Shown piece after piece: positions 53,980 through 58,092 of a stretch of 58,092 bases of DNA. Where the stretch lies: the NCBI GenBank assembly GCA_030620975.1, contig JAUXIO010000001.1:1-58092 (forward strand), read 5' to 3'. The notes below the pieces were generated by a model. That model did not search any database. It saw only the letters and a program-made list of their open reading frames with translations, and was not told the DNA's origin. Both the position numbers and the translations under genes were made by a program. Each line of letters opens with the position of its first letter. Position 1 is the first letter of the stretch. The DNA comes from Dehalococcoidia bacterium (GTDB taxonomy: Bacteria; Chloroflexota; Dehalococcoidia; GIF9; JAUXIO01).

Positions 53980-54858
53980 ATGTTAAGGTCGAGTTCACCC
54001 ACCAAAACTGTTCGTAAATGTAAGCATTGTGGAAGAGAATCGCCTCTCATTTCTTAAAGCTTGGGGATGTGCCTAGATTACATTCGGCGTCATCTTGAGG
54101 AAGTCAGTTCAGATATTTATGAGGCTCATGGCAAGTCGCGGGAGGTTTTTAAGTTACCGGCTCGGCCGCCAAAAGCAGAAGATGGCATAAGTTGTCATCT
54201 TTGCCTTAATGAGTGTCGTCTCCTTGAAGGCGATGTAAGTTATTGCGGCTTGCGTGGCGTTGAAGGTGGTAAGCTTGTTGGTGCCTCTGCAGAGTTAGGT
54301 AATGTGAGCTGGTATCATGACCCTTTACCGACGAATTGCGTCGCCGATTGTGTTAGCCCTTTACAATTAGCTGAGGCCGTTGATGAGCATACGTCGTGCA
54401 TCTGTTGGGAAACCAATGGTTCAATGCAGCCAGCTTTGCTTAAGCAAGCTGCCGAACTTTCTCTCGATTCAGGTGGCTGTATTAAGTTTGATCTCAAGGC
54501 TTGGGATGAGGGACTGCATATTGCCCTTTGTGGGGTGAGTAATAAAAGAACTTTTGAGAACTTCCGCCTTTTGGCTGGTTATATTGAGAGAAGACTCTCT
54601 CCGCCCTTCCTAGTAGCTAGCACTCTGCTTATCCCTGGCTATGTGGATAGGGAAGAAGTGTCTGAGATTGCCACTTTTATCTCCTCGTTGGACGCAAGTA
54701 TTCCCTATGCTCTTCTGGCATTTCATCCTGATTTCCTAATGGCGGATTTACCAGCCACATCGCTACATCATGCCCAGGAGTGCTTGGAGGCAGCTAAGGC
54801 TGCTGGGTTAAAGCGAGTGCGTTTGGGCAACATCCATTTGCCAGGGAACAATTATTAG
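53980..54858 (+). pseudogene. radical-SAM activase-like gene, decayed (in-frame stop, CX3CX2C segment absent)
   Basis: The reading from the ATG at 53980 (MLRSSSPTKTVRKCKHCGRESPLIS) hits an in-frame TAA at 54055-54057 and then continues in the same frame as SLGMCLDYIRR. The body keeps the family's flanks (SWYHDPLPTNCVAD ... LIPGYVD ... FHPDF...GNIHL). No CX3CX2C motif is present anywhere. Confidence 0.6.
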
Positions 54859-54859
54859 A

Positions 54860-55303
54860 ATGGCTGGCAGCAGGCGAAAAGCTAGGGTTATTGCCCTTCA
54901 GACGCTTTATGAGATTGAGTATGTGGACCATGAGCCACGGGAAATTCTAAGTCGGTTAGTGAAGGAGAAGGCTTTACCGGAGGAGGCGGCTAGCTTCGCT
55001 CAAGAACTTGTCAGCGGAGTTCTTCAGAATAGGCAGAAACTTGATGATGTTATTGGTAGATTTACCCTCTCTTTTTCAGTGGAGCAAATGGCTGCCATTG
55101 ATAAGAGCATCCTTCGCATTGCTATTTTCGAAGTTTTATTTGATAATAAAGTTCCAATCAAAGTCGCCATCAATGAAGCTGTAGAGTTAGCCAAAGCTTT
55201 TGGCAGCGACAACTCTCCGAAGTTTGTTAACGGAGTTTTAGGTTCAGTAGTTGGTGCAGTTCCAGCGAGTGAGAAAGAACGAAGTAATGAAAGGAAAGAG
55301 TGA
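54860..55303 (+). CDS. nusB: transcription antitermination factor NusB
   Basis: [16 protein letters not shown]... and the [13 protein letters not shown] pattern. 147 aa. Confidence 0.9.
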   Translation: MAGSRRKARVIALQTLYEIEYVDHEPREILSRLVKEKALPEEAASFAQELVSGVLQNRQKLDDVIGRFTLSFSVEQMAAIDKSILRIAIFEVLFDNKVPIKVAINEAVELAKAFGSDNSPKFVNGVLGSVVGAVPASEKERSNERKE

Positions 55304-55583
55304 ACTGATTGGTGGAGATGAGAAGTTGGCAACTATTTTTGAGCGGTTGAAGAGGATAATCGTAGACCAACTGGGAGTTGATGAAGCTCAAGTGGTGCCT
55401 TCAACTTCTTTTGCCAAGGACCTCAATGTTGATTCTTCAGAATTCGCCGAGCTCATCATGGCCATAGAGGAGGAATTTAGCGGCTCGGGAAGGAAGCCTG
55501 AAATACCAGATGAGGATGTTGAGAGGATTACCACCGTTCAGGATGCCATTGATTATCTCCGGGACTGTGGCATAGAAGATTAG
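55287..55583 (+). CDS. acpP: acyl carrier protein
   Basis: [40 protein letters not shown], with the DS phosphopantetheine site present. The ATG at 55287 overlaps the nusB end by 17 nt. It has a small SGSGRKP insertion relative to typical ACPs. Confidence 0.8.
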   Translation: MKGKSELIGGDEKLATIFERLKRIIVDQLGVDEAQVVPSTSFAKDLNVDSSEFAELIMAIEEEFSGSGRKPEIPDEDVERITTVQDAIDYLRDCGIED

Positions 55584-55752
55584 GTGGGAACAATGGGAGA
55601 AGGTATATTTAGAGAGAGTAAATGTTTCTAGGAATTGTTTTAAGGTGTTGTTTTTAGCATTATTAATGTGCTAAAATGTCTATTTGGTTTAATACCTTGT
55701 GCAGAGAGATTAGTTTGGGGACATAATACAGTTAGTTTAAGGAGGTTTGTTT

Positions 55753-57723
55753 ATGGCAGATGAAAAAATTATTACTTCGATGATGGAGGAGAAGCGCGTT
55801 TTTCCTCCTCCAAAGGAGCTCAGCGAGAAGGCCTATATTAAGAGCATGGATGAATACAAGAAAATCTACAAGGAGTCCATTGAGAATCCGGAGAAGTTCT
55901 GGGGCGAGATGGCTGAGCAGTTAGACTGGTATAAGAAGTGGGATAAGGTATTAGTTGAGGACTTTGTCGAGGGCAAACATGAATGGTTTGTGGGTGGCAA
56001 GCTAAATGTTAGCTATAACTGTCTTGACCGCCACTTAAAGACTTGGCGCAAGAACAAGGCTGCCCTTATTTGGGAGGGTGAGCCGGAGGGTGAGAGCAAA
56101 ACCTATACCTATCAACAGCTTCACTATGAAGTGTGCAAGTTTGCCAATGTTTTGAAGAAATTTGGCGTGAAGAAGGGCGATCGGGTTTCTATTTACTTGC
56201 CCATGATTCCCGAGTTAGCCATTGCGATGCTTGCCTGTGCCCGAATAGGGGCAATGCACAGCGTGGTTTTTGGTGGCTTCAGTGCCGAGGCACTCAGGGA
56301 TAGAATGCTGGATGGCGGCTCCAAAATTCTCATCTGCGGCGATGGTTATTGGCGCAATGGGAGGGTGGTCAACAGTAAAGCTAATGCAGACGCAGCTATG
56401 GAGCAGTGCCCTGATGTGAAAGATTGTATTGTTGTTAAGAGAATGGGCAACGAAGCTAATATGAAGGAAGGGCGTGATGTGTGGTGGCATGAGCAGGTGC
56501 TGGCTGAAGATATCAAGCCCGAGTGCGAGCCAGAGGTAATGGATTCTGAAGACCCATTGTTTATCCTCTATACCAGCGGCAGCACTGGCAAGCCCAAGGG
56601 AGTTCTTCATACTTCGGCCGGTTATCTTCTCTTCTGCTATCAGAATTTCAAGTGGATATTTGATATAAAGGATGAGGATACCTTCTGGTGCACTGCGGAT
56701 ATTGGCTGGGTAACCGGGCACAGCTTTATCGTTTATGGTCCTTTGGCATTTGGTGGTACGAGCTTAATGTTTGAAGGCGTGCCCTCGTTCCCCAAACCGG
56801 ACCGGTTCTGGGAGATAATAGAGAAATACAAGGTGAATGTTTTCTACACTGCACCGACTGCACTGCGGTCCATAATGAGGGAAGGTGACGAATGGCCCAA
56901 CAAGCGAGACCTCTCTTCGCTGCGCATATTGGGAACTGTGGGTGAGCCTATAAATCCTGAAGCCTGGATGTGGTATTACAAGGTGATTGGCAAGGAGAAG
57001 TGCCCGATTGTGGATACCTGGTGGCAGACGGAGACCGGCGGTATACTAATCACTCCTTTACCCGGCGCCATAGCAACTAAGCCCGGTTCAGCTACTGTGC
57101 CCTTCCCTGGAGTTGATGTTCAAATCCTGAGGGAGGATGGTACACCCGCCGGTGTTAATGAAGGTGGTTATCTGGTTATCAAGCGGCCGTGGCCGGGGCT
57201 GATGCGTCGAGTTTTTGGCGAACCTGAAAGGTTCAAGAATACGTACTTTGTCCAATTCCCTGGAGTATATACTACAGGTGATGGCGCTCGAAAGGATGAA
57301 GATGGCTACTACTGGTTGATGGGGCGGATAGATGATGTCATCAATGTGTCTGGTCACCGCATTGGAAGTGCTGAAGTGGAGAGCGCACTGGTATCCCATG
57401 AGAAAGTTGCCGAGGCAGCGATAGTGGGCATGCCACATGACATTAAAGGGCAGGGCATTTATGCCTTTGTTACCCTTAAGGTTGGCGAAGCCAAGGATGA
57501 GGCGTTGAAGAAAGCCCTGGTGGCTCACGTGCGTAAGGAGATTGGTCCCATTGCTTCGCCGGATAAGATTCAATTTGCCGATGGTTTACCCAAGACCAGA
57601 AGTGGCAAGATTATGAGGAGAATACTGGTGAAGATCGCTGCTGGTGACATTAGTGCTATTGGCGATACCAGCACTTTGGCTGACCCTTCGGTGGTAGATG
57701 ATCTGGTTAAGCATAGAGTGTAA
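55753..57723 (+). CDS. acs: acetyl-CoA synthetase (AMP-forming)
   Basis: [44 protein letters not shown], and [11 protein letters not shown]. About 656 aa. ATG at 55753 with SD AAGGAGG. Confidence 0.95.
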   Translation: MADEKIITSMMEEKRVFPPPKELSEKAYIKSMDEYKKIYKESIENPEKFWGEMAEQLDWYKKWDKVLVEDFVEGKHEWFVGGKLNVSYNCLDRHLKTWRKNKAALIWEGEPEGESKTYTYQQLHYEVCKFANVLKKFGVKKGDRVSIYLPMIPELAIAMLACARIGAMHSVVFGGFSAEALRDRMLDGGSKILICGDGYWRNGRVVNSKANADAAMEQCPDVKDCIVVKRMGNEANMKEGRDVWWHEQVLAEDIKPECEPEVMDSEDPLFILYTSGSTGKPKGVLHTSAGYLLFCYQNFKWIFDIKDEDTFWCTADIGWVTGHSFIVYGPLAFGGTSLMFEGVPSFPKPDRFWEIIEKYKVNVFYTAPTALRSIMREGDEWPNKRDLSSLRILGTVGEPINPEAWMWYYKVIGKEKCPIVDTWWQTETGGILITPLPGAIATKPGSATVPFPGVDVQILREDGTPAGVNEGGYLVIKRPWPGLMRRVFGEPERFKNTYFVQFPGVYTTGDGARKDEDGYYWLMGRIDDVINVSGHRIGSAEVESALVSHEKVAEAAIVGMPHDIKGQGIYAFVTLKVGEAKDEALKKALVAHVRKEIGPIASPDKIQFADGLPKTRSGKIMRRILVKIAAGDISAIGDTSTLADPSVVDDLVKHRV

Positions 57724-57751
57724 GGTAGTGAGGGTGAGTTAACAAGAAATA

Positions 57752-57779
57752 TTAGAGGGGGTTTTGAAACCCCCTCTAA
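57752..57779 (+). terminator. strong hairpin after acs (terminator candidate, weak U-tract)
   Basis: Perfect 12-bp stem ttagagggggtt / aaccccctctaa with a 4-nt loop. Only TT follows. Confidence 0.55.
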
Positions 57780-57877
57780 TTATATAAGTGGGGCTATTAA
57801 GAAAATTTGGGACAATAAAGACAAATCTAGAACCAGGGTAAAACTAAAACAGCATAAATTACTTGAGGAGGTGAATC

Positions 57878-58092
57878 TTGGCGACAGCGACTAATAGATG
57901 GAATATCATTATCAGTGGATTCCTGCTGAATCTGATGCTGGGAATCGTATATGCATGGAGTGTTTTTGTTCGCCCGCTGATGGAAACTTACGGCTGGACA
58001 AAGACAGTAGCCACCTTGCCATTCACGATATTTCTGGTAGTTTTTGCCCTGATGATGATTCCTGCAGGAAGGGCTCAGGATAGAATGGGACC
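57878..58092 (+). CDS. MFS transporter, oxalate/formate antiporter (OFA)-like, N-terminal part (3' end outside window)
   Basis: A TTG start 7 nt after SD GAGGAGG gives (M)ATATNRWNIIISGFLLNLMLGIVYAWSVFVRPLMETYGWTKTVATLPFTIFLVVFALMMIPAGRAQDRMG. This is hydrophobic TM1-TM2 with an OFA-like YAWSVF..PL motif. Confidence 0.65.
   Translation, partial: MATATNRWNIIISGFLLNLMLGIVYAWSVFVRPLMETYGWTKTVATLPFTIFLVVFALMMIPAGRAQDRMG

Noticed and set aside
55652-55676. Possible second CIRCE element upstream of acs
   Set aside because: It is rejected as a canonical CIRCE because the arms are TTTTAGCA/TGCTAAAA with N9, lacking the inner CTC/GAG triplets. It is kept only as a generic operator-like palindrome in the findings.
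56215-57573. 168-aa and 161-aa ORFs antisense to acs
   Set aside because: These are shadow ORFs inside an unambiguous acs gene.
57898-58083. 61-aa ORF from the track at the right window edge
   Set aside because: A different frame starting at the TTG at 57878 (good SD) gives a hydrophobic MFS/OFA-like N-terminus. The listed frame is Cys/Asp-rich with no motif.
1-58092. Search for CRISPR arrays, IS elements, integrases or rRNA
   Set aside because: No regularly spaced direct repeats, transposase or integrase motifs (DDE, or the R-H-R-Y tyrosine recombinase pattern) or rRNA-like segments were recognised by eye. The only multi-copy elements seen are the two riboswitch cores, the ~20-nt island repeat and the intragenic dnaC-like duplication.

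Overview
All calls come from reading the ORF translations and DNA by eye; no searches were run. The window looks like a chromosomal segment of a streamlined anaerobe, probably Chloroflexota/Dehalococcoidia-like. That guess is an inference from a riboswitch-controlled cobamide salvage operon with no corrin-ring synthesis genes here, and a large BNR/Asp-box surface protein.

Layout:
- 1-3.7 kb: 3' end of a UvrD/AddA-type helicase-nuclease, a PflX-type radical SAM gene, and degV.
- 3.7-7.3 kb: a small accessory island. It holds a GIY-YIG-like gene, an orphan promoter with a Lys-rich micro-ORF, and a three-gene cassette with no enzyme motifs (wHTH / zinc-ribbon + helical repeat / mini-wHTH). The island ends in a doubly truncated degV remnant.
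- 7.3-16.4 kb: two paralogous cobalamin riboswitches controlling btuCD-cbiB-cobD-cobO-cobT-cobS-[PP-loop ATPase]-cobU, and separately btuF.
- 16.5-19.6 kb: a 1051-aa BNR/Asp-box surface protein.
- 19.8-41.5 kb: housekeeping genes. These include two acyl-CoA ligases, an M50/CBS protein, a secreted hydrolase, a lipid kinase, plsY, hpt, ade, glyQS, tsaD, CIRCE-groES-groEL, an M16 peptidase, lysA, holB and a PSP1 protein.
- 41.5-51.1 kb (minus strand): M20 amidohydrolase, two DUF2229-like proteins, a BadF-type activase, trxB, rplI, dnaB, a DnaD-like gene, a tandem-duplicated DnaC-like loader and an HNH nuclease.
- 51.2-58.1 kb: yceD-rpmF-fabK-fabD, a radical-SAM pseudogene, nusB, acpP, acs and the start of an MFS transporter.

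Most interesting observations:
- The enzyme-less three-gene cassette in the island.
- An MJ0570/Dph6-type PP-loop ATPase translationally coupled between cobS and cobU, where cobC is usually expected.
- A tandem-AAA+ DnaC-like helicase loader with a DnaJ-type CxxCxGxG finger.
- Two apparent pseudoenzymes: fabD with both catalytic dyad residues replaced, and an M50 protease with HExxH changed to RExxR.
- Four gene remnants (degV, sbcD, DUF72, radical SAM), which point to reductive evolution.

No tRNA, rRNA, CRISPR array, transposase or integrase was recognised.
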